The position numbers and the translations under genes were made by a program. A model generated the notes under the pieces. The model worked only from the letters and a program-made list of their open reading frames with translations. It was not told the origin of the DNA and made no database searches. A stretch of DNA of 64,000 bases. It comes from an uncultured Gammaproteobacteria bacterium (lineage in GTDB: Bacteria > Patescibacteriota > Patescibacteriia > UBA1558 > 2-01-FULL-52-15). The stretch spans positions 391,340 through 455,339 of the forward strand of contig CAYOCJ010000002.1 in assembly GCA_964402565.1 (NCBI GenBank), given 5' to 3'. Positions 1 through 8,846 of this stretch are shown here, piece by piece (the first letter of the stretch is position 1; each line of letters begins with the position of its first letter).

Positions 1-179
1 AGACCATCGTCGCAGACAACTGCATTTTCAATACCACCCCGTCTCCCGGCGCCTCCGTGTGTCTGGCCAATGCAGTGCGCGATGCGGCACGCGTCGTCAG
101 CTTCCTGGGCAGCGAGTACAGATTCGACCAGGAAGGCATGGAGCGAGATCTCGGCATTGCCGAGGCACAGACGCGCTGA
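1..179 (+). CDS. 3' end of FAD-dependent oxidoreductase, malate:quinone oxidoreductase-like (partial)
   Basis: Frame from nt 3 reads TIVADNCIFNTTPSPGASVCLANAVRD...QTR*; FNxTPSPGAxxCL resembles the C-terminus of Campylobacterota-type Mqo. Only 58 codons are visible. Confidence 0.55.
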   Translation, partial: TIVADNCIFNTTPSPGASVCLANAVRDAARVVSFLGSEYRFDQEGMERDLGIAEAQTR

Positions 180-201
180 CCAGCATGGTTGTAGAAGTTC
201 G

Positions 202-252
202 GAGCCCTGCGGAATACGTTTCATCGTTTCGCAGGGCTCTTCATTTTCTTTG
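202..252 (+). terminator. Rho-independent terminator
   Basis: GAGCCCTGCG...CGCAGGGCTC stem followed by T-rich TTCATTTTCTTT, just after the upstream stop. Confidence 0.7.
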
Positions 253-286
253 AAAATAAACCTTTTTTTGTTATACTTATTGCTCT

Positions 287-1057
287 ATGGCACGGATAAT
301 TTCAGTAGTAAATCAAAAAGGCGGCGTTGGAAAAACGACCACCACGGTAAACCTCGCAGCCTATCTTGCAGACGCAGGGCATCGCGTCCTGGTCATTGAT
401 ATTGATCCGCAAGGCAATGCATCAGCGGGACTTGGCATTGATTATAAGCATTTGCCGAAAGGCGTGTATGAAGTGTTGGTCGATGAGGCTTTGCCGATGA
501 AGGATGTGATCAAAATGGTGAACGACAATCTGCATGTGGCCCCTTCAACACCTGATCTTGCAGGTGCATCAGTAGAGCTGGTCTCGCATCCGGAGCGGGA
601 ATATGTATTGCGAAAGAATATCGCTGATCTTGAGCCGTTCTATGATTTTATTTTGATAGACAATCCGCCGTCGCTCGGGCTTCTGACCATCAATAGCCTG
701 GTCGCAGCGCGCGAAGTCTTGATCCCCGTGCAATGCGAATACTATGCTTTGGAAGGATTGGGGCAGCTGCTTACCACGATCAACTTGATCAAGGAACATG
801 TAAATCCTGATCTGGAGATCCTGGGAGCAGTGCTGACGATGTTCGACGGGCGCAATCGCCTTGCGGATGCTGTGTTCCATGAATTGTATCAATTCTTCCC
901 GCGGAAGATCTTCCGTTCAGTGATACCGCGCAATGTCCGGCTCGCTGAAGCGCCTTCACATGGCAAAAGCATCAGAGAGTATGATTCAGATTCAAAAGGC
1001 GCCAGAGCATATCGTAAATTGACGCAAGAAATAATCGCTAGCAATGAAACGGCATGA
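287..1057 (+). CDS. parA: ParA/Soj chromosome partition ATPase
   Basis: NQKGGVGKTT deviant Walker A, DIDPQGN, LIPVQCEYYALEG, IPRNVRLAEAPSHG. Confidence 0.97.
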   Translation: MARIISVVNQKGGVGKTTTTVNLAAYLADAGHRVLVIDIDPQGNASAGLGIDYKHLPKGVYEVLVDEALPMKDVIKMVNDNLHVAPSTPDLAGASVELVSHPEREYVLRKNIADLEPFYDFILIDNPPSLGLLTINSLVAAREVLIPVQCEYYALEGLGQLLTTINLIKEHVNPDLEILGAVLTMFDGRNRLADAVFHELYQFFPRKIFRSVIPRNVRLAEAPSHGKSIREYDSDSKGARAYRKLTQEIIASNETA

Positions 1058-1926
1058 GCACAGATAAACCAGTACTCGGCAGAGGTTTAAGTTCGCTGAT
1101 CCCTGGCAGCTCTGCAAAGGGAGGAGGTACCGCTTCATGGGGAGCAACCATGAATACGGTTTCCACGGGCGAGCAGATCGTAGAGATTCCGATTGATGCA
1201 ATTGTTGCCAATCCCTGGCAGCCGCGAACGAGCTTTGATCATGACAAGCTTGAGGAGCTCGCTAGTTCTATCAAAGAATTCGGCATCATCCAGCCTTTGG
1301 TCGTTACCTTGAAGGCGCCTGGCCAGTACCAGCTAGTTGCAGGCGAACGCCGGCTGAAAGCAGCGAAGATCATCAACCTCGCTACGGTGCCCGCTGTAGT
1401 GCGCAAGATCGAGGATCAGAAAAAACTTGAAATATCCTTGATCGAGAATGTACAGCGCCATAATTTGAATCCATTGGAAGAAGCAGTTTCCTATAAGCGC
1501 CTCATGGACGAATTTAGCCTGACTCAGGAAGAAGTAGCGCAACGCGTGGGTAAAAGCCGGTCATCGGTGGCAAATTTTTTGCGGCTATTGCATTTGCCGA
1601 AAAGGGTCTTAGAAGCCCTGGAGCAGGAAACGATCACCTTTTCTCATGCGAAGGTCATTCTGAGCTATCAAACCGAGAAGGAACAGCTGAAAGCATTCGA
1701 CCATATCATCAGAGGCAGCTTGAGCGTGGCAGCATCTGCAAAACCGCCCCGAAACCCGCAGAGTCCGCGAGGCGGAGACCCGGTACTTCGCTCCTGGGAA
1801 GAAAAAGTAAAGGCAAAATTGGGATTCTCAGCCCGCATCAAGAAATTGCCGAACGGCGGCGTTATTGAAATTTCTTTTTCCTCAGATGAAGATCTGAAGG
1901 CGCTGCTCGACAGCTTATTGCAGTAA
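1054..1926 (+). CDS. parB: ParB/Spo0J partition protein
   Basis: LGRGL N-terminal motif, NPWQPR, AGERR, ENVQRHNLNPLEEA, HTH; overlaps the parA stop (ATGA). Confidence 0.97.
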   Translation: MSTDKPVLGRGLSSLIPGSSAKGGGTASWGATMNTVSTGEQIVEIPIDAIVANPWQPRTSFDHDKLEELASSIKEFGIIQPLVVTLKAPGQYQLVAGERRLKAAKIINLATVPAVVRKIEDQKKLEISLIENVQRHNLNPLEEAVSYKRLMDEFSLTQEEVAQRVGKSRSSVANFLRLLHLPKRVLEALEQETITFSHAKVILSYQTEKEQLKAFDHIIRGSLSVAASAKPPRNPQSPRGGDPVLRSWEEKVKAKLGFSARIKKLPNGGVIEISFSSDEDLKALLDSLLQ

Positions 1927-3381
1927 TTATAGTTTAAAGTTCAGCAGTTTTGACTTCTTCAACTGTTGGCGTATTTTTTCCTGCGCCATGGTCGTCTTTG
2001 CTATTTGCAGCCATTCTGGAGAAGGGCTTTTTCTTTTTTTATCTTTTATGATCTCGATCACATCGCCGCTTTTCAGGATCGTATCGAAACTGGCAATATG
2101 GTCATTGATCCGTACGCCTGATGCATGGCTGCCGAGGTCAGAGTGGATATGATAGGCAAAGTCTATCGGTGTTGCATTATCCGGCAGGTCAAGTACATCG
2201 CCATGCGGGGTGAAGACGAAGATGCGATTCTGGAAAATATCGTTCTTAATATTTTTCACGTATTCCATGTCATCCTTGATCTTTTTCTGCCAGCCGATCA
2301 GCTCCGAGATCCAGGCAAGGCTTTTCTTCGACTGCATGGAATTTATTTCCTTATATTTGCTGTGGGCAGCAATACCGTATTCAGCGACCTCATGCATCTC
2401 GATATCGCGGATCTGGAACTCGATGACTTTCCCGAAATCAGTGAATACGGACGTATGCAGACTTTGATAGCCATTTGGTTTCGGCTGCGCAATATAGTCT
2501 TTGATGCGCCCTTTCAATGGCGTCCATTTGCTGTGAATGATGCCAAGCACCAGATAACAGTCAGGCACCGAGGTGACAACGACGCGGAGAGCGATCAGGT
2601 CGTAAATTTTATTGATATCCCAGTTATGCGTCGATAATTTCTTGTACAAGCTGTACATGTGCTTGATGCGGCCCTGGATGTCTATGTACGGGATATGATT
2701 CTTCGCGAGCTCGCGCTCGATCTGATACTGCACTTTATCGATATATTTGGTTTCGTTTTTCAAGCGGTCTTGTGCGAGTGATACTGTTTTTTTATAGTCC
2801 TTCGGGTTGACGTAGGGGAAGGCAGCATCTTCGAGCCTGCTTTTCAATTCGAACATGCCGAGCCGATTCGCTAATGGCGCATAGATCTCCATGGTCTCTT
2901 TTGCAATGCGCAATTGCTTGTCAGGCCTATGCGCCTGCAAGGTCTGTACATTATGTAAATTATTCGCGAGTTTGATCAGGATGACGCGCAGGTCTTTCGA
3001 CATCGCGACGAACAATTTGCGCAGGTTTTCAGCATACCGCTCCATGCCCCGATACTTCAACGGGGAAAGTTTCGTGACACCTTCGACCAAACTCGCGATC
3101 TCCGAACCAAATTCTCTCTTGATCTCATCAAGCGTATGCTCGGTATCCTCGGGCACATCATGCAGCATACCGCCGATAAGAGTCGGCATGTCTACTTTGA
3201 GTTCTGCCAGATAGTAGGTCGTCGCTAAGCAATGATAAATATAATCTTCACCGCTTTTTCGCTTCACGCCGCTATGCGCCTGCAAGGCAAACTCATATGC
3301 TTCTTTGAGCTTGGTCAAATCAGCATTCGGATAGTTTTTGTAGAGGAGTTCCAGCAATGTTTCCCACGTGATCAATTTCAT
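1927..3381 (-). CDS. relA: RelA/SpoT homolog (HD + synthetase + TGS, no ZFD/ACT tail)
   Basis: LHDVPED, YAPLANRLG, KDYIAQPKPNGYQSLHT, EFQIR, TGS (TPIDFAYHIHS); start moved to ATG 3381. Confidence 0.93.
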   Translation of the reverse strand: MKLITWETLLELLYKNYPNADLTKLKEAYEFALQAHSGVKRKSGEDYIYHCLATTYYLAELKVDMPTLIGGMLHDVPEDTEHTLDEIKREFGSEIASLVEGVTKLSPLKYRGMERYAENLRKLFVAMSKDLRVILIKLANNLHNVQTLQAHRPDKQLRIAKETMEIYAPLANRLGMFELKSRLEDAAFPYVNPKDYKKTVSLAQDRLKNETKYIDKVQYQIERELAKNHIPYIDIQGRIKHMYSLYKKLSTHNWDINKIYDLIALRVVVTSVPDCYLVLGIIHSKWTPLKGRIKDYIAQPKPNGYQSLHTSVFTDFGKVIEFQIRDIEMHEVAEYGIAAHSKYKEINSMQSKKSLAWISELIGWQKKIKDDMEYVKNIKNDIFQNRIFVFTPHGDVLDLPDNATPIDFAYHIHSDLGSHASGVRINDHIASFDTILKSGDVIEIIKDKKRKSPSPEWLQIAKTTMAQEKIRQQLKKSKLLNFKL

Positions 3382-3432
3382 ATAGACACCGTAGCATATA
3401 CAAAAGAGCCTCGGCAAGCTAGTCGAGGTCTC

Positions 3433-3546
3433 GTCATCTCGACGACGCAATAGCGGAGGAGAGATCTCACAGTTTCTGTACTAGGGAGATTCCTCCCCGC
3501 CCAGGGCGGGTCGGAATGACAGCGGGTAGGTCCGGCGCGAAATGAC
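3433..3546. repeat. REP-like palindromic element pair
   Basis: GTCATCTCGAC...GGAGAGATCTC facing GAGATTCCTC-CCCGCCCAGGGCGGG-TCGGAATGAC, plus a third ...GAAATGAC end, in the rel-topA spacer. Confidence 0.55.
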
Positions 3547-3551
3547 CCAGG

Positions 3552-5771
3552 TTATTCAGTCTTCACTGCTTCTTTTTTGAAACCGCATTTATTCGAACAA
3601 ACGATCATATCTTTCGCCGCATAGGTCAGGAGGCTTTGGCAGTCCGGGCATTTCTCGCCAGTCGGTTTCTGCCAGAGGGCAAATTCGCATTTCGGGTATC
3701 TATTGCAGCTGAAGAAGATCTTGCCGCGCTTGCTTCTTTTCTGAATGATATCGCCTTCGCCGCATTTCGGGCACTTCACGCCAGTCAATATTTCTTTGCT
3801 CTTGATATTTTTGCAATCAGGGTATCCGGAACAGCCTAGGAAGGTTCCGAAGCGTCCGTGCTTCACGACCATCGGCTTGCCGCATTTGTCGCAGATCTCG
3901 TCGGTGGTTTCAGGCTCCTGCACTGAATTGTCTTTATTCAGCTGCTTGGTGTTCTTGCAATCTGGATAGCCGGTGCAGGCGAGGAATTTGCCGAAGCGGC
4001 CGATCTTGATCACCATCGGCTTGCCGCATTTATCGCAGATCTCGTCGGTTTTTTCCTCGGTTATCTCTTTCTTATCGAGTTCCTTATTTTTGATCTCGAT
4101 CTCTTTTTTGAACGGGACATAAAAGCTCTTGATCACCGGCTGCCATTTCTTCTCGCCTTCAGCGACCTTATCCAGATCTAATTCCATTTCAGCAGTAAAA
4201 TCATAGTCTACGATCTTCGGGAAATGCTTGACCAGGAGATCATTCACCAAGGTTCCGATCTGGGTCGGATGCAGCCGTTTGTCTTCAGGTTTTTCTACGT
4301 ATTTCCTGTCGATGATGGTGGCAATGGTCGGCGCATAGGTGGATGGACGGCCGATGCCGCGTTCTTCTAATGCCTTTACCAGGCCAGCTTCAGAGTAGCG
4401 CGCCGGCGGCTGGGTGAAATGCTGGAATGCGTCAATGCTTTCAAGTTTCGCTGTATCGCCTTTTGCGAGTTTTGGAAGATCTACTTCATCAGCTTTCTTC
4501 ACGCGATATACTTTTTGCCAGCCGTCGAACATGACGACCGATCCGGATGCCCGCAATGTATACTCAGTGCCGTCAGCATTGAATTCCACGGTCGTTGCTT
4601 CAGTTATGCTGGCAGGCATTTGGCTTGCGAGCGCGCGCGACCATATCAGTTGATAGAGCCGCAATTGCCGGGAATCAAGATAATTTTTCACACTGTCCGG
4701 GGTCAAGGTAATATCGGTCGGGCGGATAGCTTCATGGGCTTCCTGTGCATTCTTTGATTTGTTCTTGAATTGCCGGCCGCCTTCGACAAGGTACTCTTTG
4801 CCGATATGCCCCGGAATGAAATCTTGCACTGCTTTGACAAAATCATCCGCGAGATTCAGGGAATCAGTACGCATATAGGTAATAAGACCGGTCTGACCTG
4901 CTTCACCAAGTTCGATGCCTTCGTATAATTGCTGTGCCAGCATCATGGTCTGTTTAGCTGAGAAGCCAAGTGCATGGTTCGCCTCGATTTGCAAAGCAGA
5001 GGTCGTGAATGGGGGCAATGGTTGTTTCTGAACTGTCTTGCTCACGATCGAGGAGACGATCAATTTCTTTCCTTTCATCTCAGCAACTGCTTTTTGTGCC
5101 TCTTTTTCCTGCACGTCGAATTTCTTCAGGCGATCGCCTTTGCTATGCGAGAGCAGAACCGGGAATGTCTTGTCATTTTTCGATGCGGTACCGTCAACGG
5201 TCCAGTATTCTTCAGCTTTGAATGCCTTGATCTCGTCTTCGCGTTCGCAAATGAGCCGTACTGCAACGGATTGTACGCGTCCGGCAGATAAACCCCGAGC
5301 GACTTTTTTCCAGAGTAACGGTGATAATTCGTACCCGACCAAACGGTCCAGGATACGCCGTGCCTGCTGAGCGTTGACCAGATCCAGGTTCAATTTCGCC
5401 GGGTGTGTGAGCGCTTCGAGGATTGCTTTTTTTGTAATTTCATGGAAGACAATACGCTCTACTTTATTGTCGGGCAATTCAAAGAGCTGTTGTAAATGCC
5501 AGCTGATCGCTTCGCCTTCGCGGTCAGAGTCTGTCGCGAAATAGATATGGTCTGCTTTGGCAGCTGCTTTTTTCAGCTCGGTTGCATGGGCTTTTGCCTT
5601 CAGGGGGATCACATATTGCGGTTCGAAATCATTATCAAAATCAATACCCATCTTCGATTTCGGCAGGTCGCGCACATGCCCGTAGGAAGATTTAATAGTG
5701 AACTCTTTCCCCAAGAATTTACTGATCGTTTTCGCTTTTGTCGGAGATTCTACGATGACCAAATTTTTCAT
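3552..5771 (-). CDS. topA: DNA topoisomerase I with C-terminal C4 zinc ribbons
   Basis: LVIVESPTKAKTI, DSDREGE, SAGRVQS, ITYMRTDS, GIGRPSTYA, repeated CxxC...FLxCxxYPxC. Confidence 0.98.
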   Translation of the reverse strand: MKNLVIVESPTKAKTISKFLGKEFTIKSSYGHVRDLPKSKMGIDFDNDFEPQYVIPLKAKAHATELKKAAAKADHIYFATDSDREGEAISWHLQQLFELPDNKVERIVFHEITKKAILEALTHPAKLNLDLVNAQQARRILDRLVGYELSPLLWKKVARGLSAGRVQSVAVRLICEREDEIKAFKAEEYWTVDGTASKNDKTFPVLLSHSKGDRLKKFDVQEKEAQKAVAEMKGKKLIVSSIVSKTVQKQPLPPFTTSALQIEANHALGFSAKQTMMLAQQLYEGIELGEAGQTGLITYMRTDSLNLADDFVKAVQDFIPGHIGKEYLVEGGRQFKNKSKNAQEAHEAIRPTDITLTPDSVKNYLDSRQLRLYQLIWSRALASQMPASITEATTVEFNADGTEYTLRASGSVVMFDGWQKVYRVKKADEVDLPKLAKGDTAKLESIDAFQHFTQPPARYSEAGLVKALEERGIGRPSTYAPTIATIIDRKYVEKPEDKRLHPTQIGTLVNDLLVKHFPKIVDYDFTAEMELDLDKVAEGEKKWQPVIKSFYVPFKKEIEIKNKELDKKEITEEKTDEICDKCGKPMVIKIGRFGKFLACTGYPDCKNTKQLNKDNSVQEPETTDEICDKCGKPMVVKHGRFGTFLGCSGYPDCKNIKSKEILTGVKCPKCGEGDIIQKRSKRGKIFFSCNRYPKCEFALWQKPTGEKCPDCQSLLTYAAKDMIVCSNKCGFKKEAVKTE

Positions 5772-5823
5772 GAGGTAATTTCATACCATACAATAAGAGC
5801 ACGTGTCAAATGATAGTACAAAA

Positions 5824-6705
5824 TTATTTCAAAAAAATATTTCCATCCGCGCCGCTCTCTATCCATCCCTTGATCTCTAATTTTGTTATAGCCGGGCTCA
5901 CTTCAGCGCTGCTCATACCGAGCTTCAGCAGCAGCTCTTGCATGCTTTGAGACCGCTCCTGCAGAAGCGAAATGACCGCTTGTTCATGCGCATCATCCGA
6001 TGCATAGCTCTTTTTTGCAACCGTGCTTAATCCAAAATACTCCAAGATGTCGTTCGCCGACAGGGCAGGGGAAGCCCCTTGCTGCAGCATGAGATTATTC
6101 CCCTCGTAGAGCGGATCAAATACATTGCCAGGAATAGCAAAGACATCATTGCCGTATTCGAGGGCTAGTTTTGCGGTGATGAGTGCGCCTGACTTTTTCG
6201 CGGCTGAGAGCACCAGGGTCGCTTTGCCTAATGCGGCGATGATCTGATTGCGTATCGGGAAGTTATACGGCATGATCTCGGTCTTTGGAGGGAATGGTGA
6301 GAGCAGCAGTCCGCCATGCGCTAGGATCTTTTCAGCAAGAGGCATATTGGTGCGGGGATATATTTCATCAGGTTCTACGCTTGATCCGAGCACCGCAATG
6401 GTCGGCAGTCTATTCTCAAGTGCGATCTGATGCGCAAGTGCATCCATGCCAAGCGCAAGGCCGCTGACTATGCATATACTCTGGTTGAGGATGCGATCAA
6501 GTATATAATGAGAATTTCTCTGATTGCTCGGAGCCATCACCCTGCTCCCCACGACAGACAGTAAAAACTTGTCTTTGAGTAACGTAACGTTACCCCGATA
6601 GTATATGAGCGGAGGAGGAGAAACTAATGCTTGAACTGATCCCGGATACAGTTCAGTACCTGGAAACAGTACGCCCGACGGCGTAGATGTGATATCGCTT
6701 TTCAT
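5824..6705 (-). CDS. dprA: DNA processing protein DprA
   Basis: VVGSR, IVSGLALGMD, NFPIRNQIIA, SGALITA, FAIPG, C-terminal winged helix; next to topA. Confidence 0.93.
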   Translation of the reverse strand: MKSDITSTPSGVLFPGTELYPGSVQALVSPPPLIYYRGNVTLLKDKFLLSVVGSRVMAPSNQRNSHYILDRILNQSICIVSGLALGMDALAHQIALENRLPTIAVLGSSVEPDEIYPRTNMPLAEKILAHGGLLLSPFPPKTEIMPYNFPIRNQIIAALGKATLVLSAAKKSGALITAKLALEYGNDVFAIPGNVFDPLYEGNNLMLQQGASPALSANDILEYFGLSTVAKKSYASDDAHEQAVISLLQERSQSMQELLLKLGMSSAEVSPAITKLEIKGWIESGADGNIFLK

Positions 6706-6766
6706 ACGATCTTTTTATTCTATATAAAAGGCCGGACAAGGGCAACCAGGCCTTATATGACTAGGG

Positions 6767-6795
6767 TTGACACCTCTCAATCTATATGATAAGTT
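6767..6795 (+). promoter_or_regulatory. sigma70 promoter with no downstream + strand ORF
   Basis: TTGACA (6767-6772), 17 bp, TG-n-TAAGTT (6790-6795). Confidence 0.6.
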
Positions 6796-6800
6796 CGCCT

Positions 6801-6914
6801 GTCGGTTAAAAACCGGCATTAAAAAACCGCCTTGTGTGTTGGTCACGGAACTGATGTAACATCCCTCCTTGTTACACTCATATTCCATGTGGCCAGCACC
6901 TAGGGCGGCTTTTT
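6801..6914 (+). ncRNA. Candidate structured small RNA with an anti-SD-like loop
   Basis: Small 5' hairpin, then a long irregular hairpin 6827-6908 with G-U pairs on the + strand, apical loop TCCCTCCT and a T-tract at 6910-6914. Confidence 0.5.
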
Positions 6915-7464
6915 AGTTGTAGATGGCAGCGGCTTCGGTAAGCCCGGATCTCAGGACGGTCTCGATGGCGCCGACCGCTTCAGCGAAGAATTCGTCCAGG
7001 GCTTTTTCCTGATCCTTGGACCAGCGTCCCAGCACATAGCCTGCAGCATCGCCGAGTTTCGGCCCGATGCCTAATCTGACGCGGATGAAGTCGCTCGAAT
7101 CAAGCCGTTCGATAATTGATTTGATCCCATTATGCCCGCCGCTCGATGTATTGCGGCTGACGCGTATGCTGCCAAAGGGCAGGTCAATATCATCATAGAC
7201 AATAATCACATCGCTTGCCTGGACCGTATAGTATTGTGCAAGCGATCCGACGGCAAATCCTGAATCATTCATATAGTCTTCTGATAATGCGCAGATGATG
7301 CGCTCGCCGTCGACAGATCCTGCAGCTGCTTTTGCATGAGCATCATGCTTTTTGAACGAGAGCGAATGCTCAGATGCGAATAATTCGAGAGCGCGGGCTC
7401 CTGCATTGTGGCGCGTATTCTGGTACTCTGTTCCGGGATTCCCCAGACCGATGATAAGTTTCAT
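6913..7464 (-). CDS. pth: Peptidyl-tRNA hydrolase
   Basis: LIIGLGNPG, TRHNAG, YMNDSG, GGHNGIKSI, RLGIG; start moved to ATG 7464. Confidence 0.96.
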   Translation of the reverse strand: MKLIIGLGNPGTEYQNTRHNAGARALELFASEHSLSFKKHDAHAKAAAGSVDGERIICALSEDYMNDSGFAVGSLAQYYTVQASDVIIVYDDIDLPFGSIRVSRNTSSGGHNGIKSIIERLDSSDFIRVRLGIGPKLGDAAGYVLGRWSKDQEKALDEFFAEAVGAIETVLRSGLTEAAAIYN

Positions 7465-7465
7465 A

Positions 7466-8839
7466 TTATTTTTTCTTTTTGGAGATACGCGCGCCTCCGG
7501 CCACATGGTCGCCCTGCGTGCGGTATTTCTCGACCCAGATCTTGATCGGAGATCCCTGGAAACCGAATTTATCCCGCAACGACGTTTCGATGTAGTTCAA
7601 GTACGTATAGTTCAAGCTGGTATCCTCGCCGATCTGAACCACAAATTGCGGAGGATTGATGCCCATCTGTTTTACTCTATAGATATAGGGTTTATTCGTA
7701 CCTTTGCCTGTCGTAGGCTTGTGCCGTTTCAGTACCAGCTTCATAAACTTGCTCATCGCATTGTCTTCGATCTTCCTGAATTTTTCATGATAGACCTGAA
7801 TGACGGCTTGCTTCAGCCGAGTGAGCTTCGTTTTCTCAGATGCTGACATGAAGATGATCGGAGCCCAGTCAATGAAATTAAATTCTTTTTTGTAGTATTT
7901 CGTGAATTCGTTCACCTTGGTCTCGTCTTTGTCCGGAATCAGGTCCCATTTATTGCCGACGATGACTACGGCCGCATTCGAATCGTGGATGAGCTGCGCG
8001 AGCTGGCGATCCTGAGCAGTGAGCCGCTTGTTCGCCTCGGTCATGAAGATGATAACATCTGCCTTTCGTATGCTCTCAAGGCTCTGATCTACGCTTTCTT
8101 TCTCAATGCCGCCCCGGTCAATACGGGCTTTCCTTCGGATGCCGGCTGTATCGATCAAGGTGATGGACTGGTTCTCATAGGTCAGGCGTATCATGGTCGC
8201 ATCGCGGGTAGTATACGGATCGTCATAGACAATCGACCGTTCTGCGCCGACCAATGCGTTTACTAACGATGATTTGCCGACATTCGGTTTACCGATGATG
8301 GCGACCGTGATAGTCGGCTCATCGATTGCAGCTTTCATCGGGATCTTTTTTGCCACTGCATCCAGCAGGTCGCCGGTGCCGGAGCCGGTTGCCGCCGACA
8401 CTGCGAACGGGCCGCCGAGCCCCAGTTCATAGAATTCATTGATGGAAGCAACATCGCGCTTGCCGTCAACTTTATTTGCAACGAGGAGGATAGGAGTATG
8501 AATATGCGAACGCAAGAATCGTGCAATGCTTTCATCGACCGGCGTAATGCCGGCCTTGGTGTCTACGACGAATAAGATCAGATCAGCATCCTGCGCTGCC
8601 ATCGTTGCCTGCTCTGCTATTTTTTTCTCGATCGGATTATGCGTATCGACATCCAGTCCGCCGGTGTCGATGATGGTGAATGTTTTGCCGAGCCAAATGC
8701 AGTCATTTTCTTTTCTGTCGCGTGTCGTACCTGCGATATCAGAAACCAGCGCTTTGGGTCCTGAGCTTAAGCGATTGAACAAGGTTGATTTGCCGACATT
8801 TGCTCTGCCGATGATTGCGACTCGTGCGCGTGAAGCCAT
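7466..8839 (-). CDS. der: Ribosome biogenesis GTPase Der (EngA)
   Basis: Two G domains (GRANVGKS, GKPNVGKS; DTGG, DTAG; NKVD, NKWD) plus a KH-like C-terminus. Confidence 0.97.
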   Translation of the reverse strand: MASRARVAIIGRANVGKSTLFNRLSSGPKALVSDIAGTTRDRKENDCIWLGKTFTIIDTGGLDVDTHNPIEKKIAEQATMAAQDADLILFVVDTKAGITPVDESIARFLRSHIHTPILLVANKVDGKRDVASINEFYELGLGGPFAVSAATGSGTGDLLDAVAKKIPMKAAIDEPTITVAIIGKPNVGKSSLVNALVGAERSIVYDDPYTTRDATMIRLTYENQSITLIDTAGIRRKARIDRGGIEKESVDQSLESIRKADVIIFMTEANKRLTAQDRQLAQLIHDSNAAVVIVGNKWDLIPDKDETKVNEFTKYYKKEFNFIDWAPIIFMSASEKTKLTRLKQAVIQVYHEKFRKIEDNAMSKFMKLVLKRHKPTTGKGTNKPYIYRVKQMGINPPQFVVQIGEDTSLNYTYLNYIETSLRDKFGFQGSPIKIWVEKYRTQGDHVAGGARISKKKK

Positions 8840-8846
8840 AGATAGG

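Noticed and set aside
3358-3374. parS-like sequence TGTTTCCCACGTGATCA near parAB
   Set aside because: Needs an insertion and mismatches relative to TGTTTCACGTGAAACA, is not palindromic, and lies in rel coding sequence.
6801-6914. SRP RNA or tRNA identity for the intergenic hairpins (also 43404-43606)
   Set aside because: No SRP domain IV motif with GNRA loop and no cloverleaf or TTCGA arm recognised.
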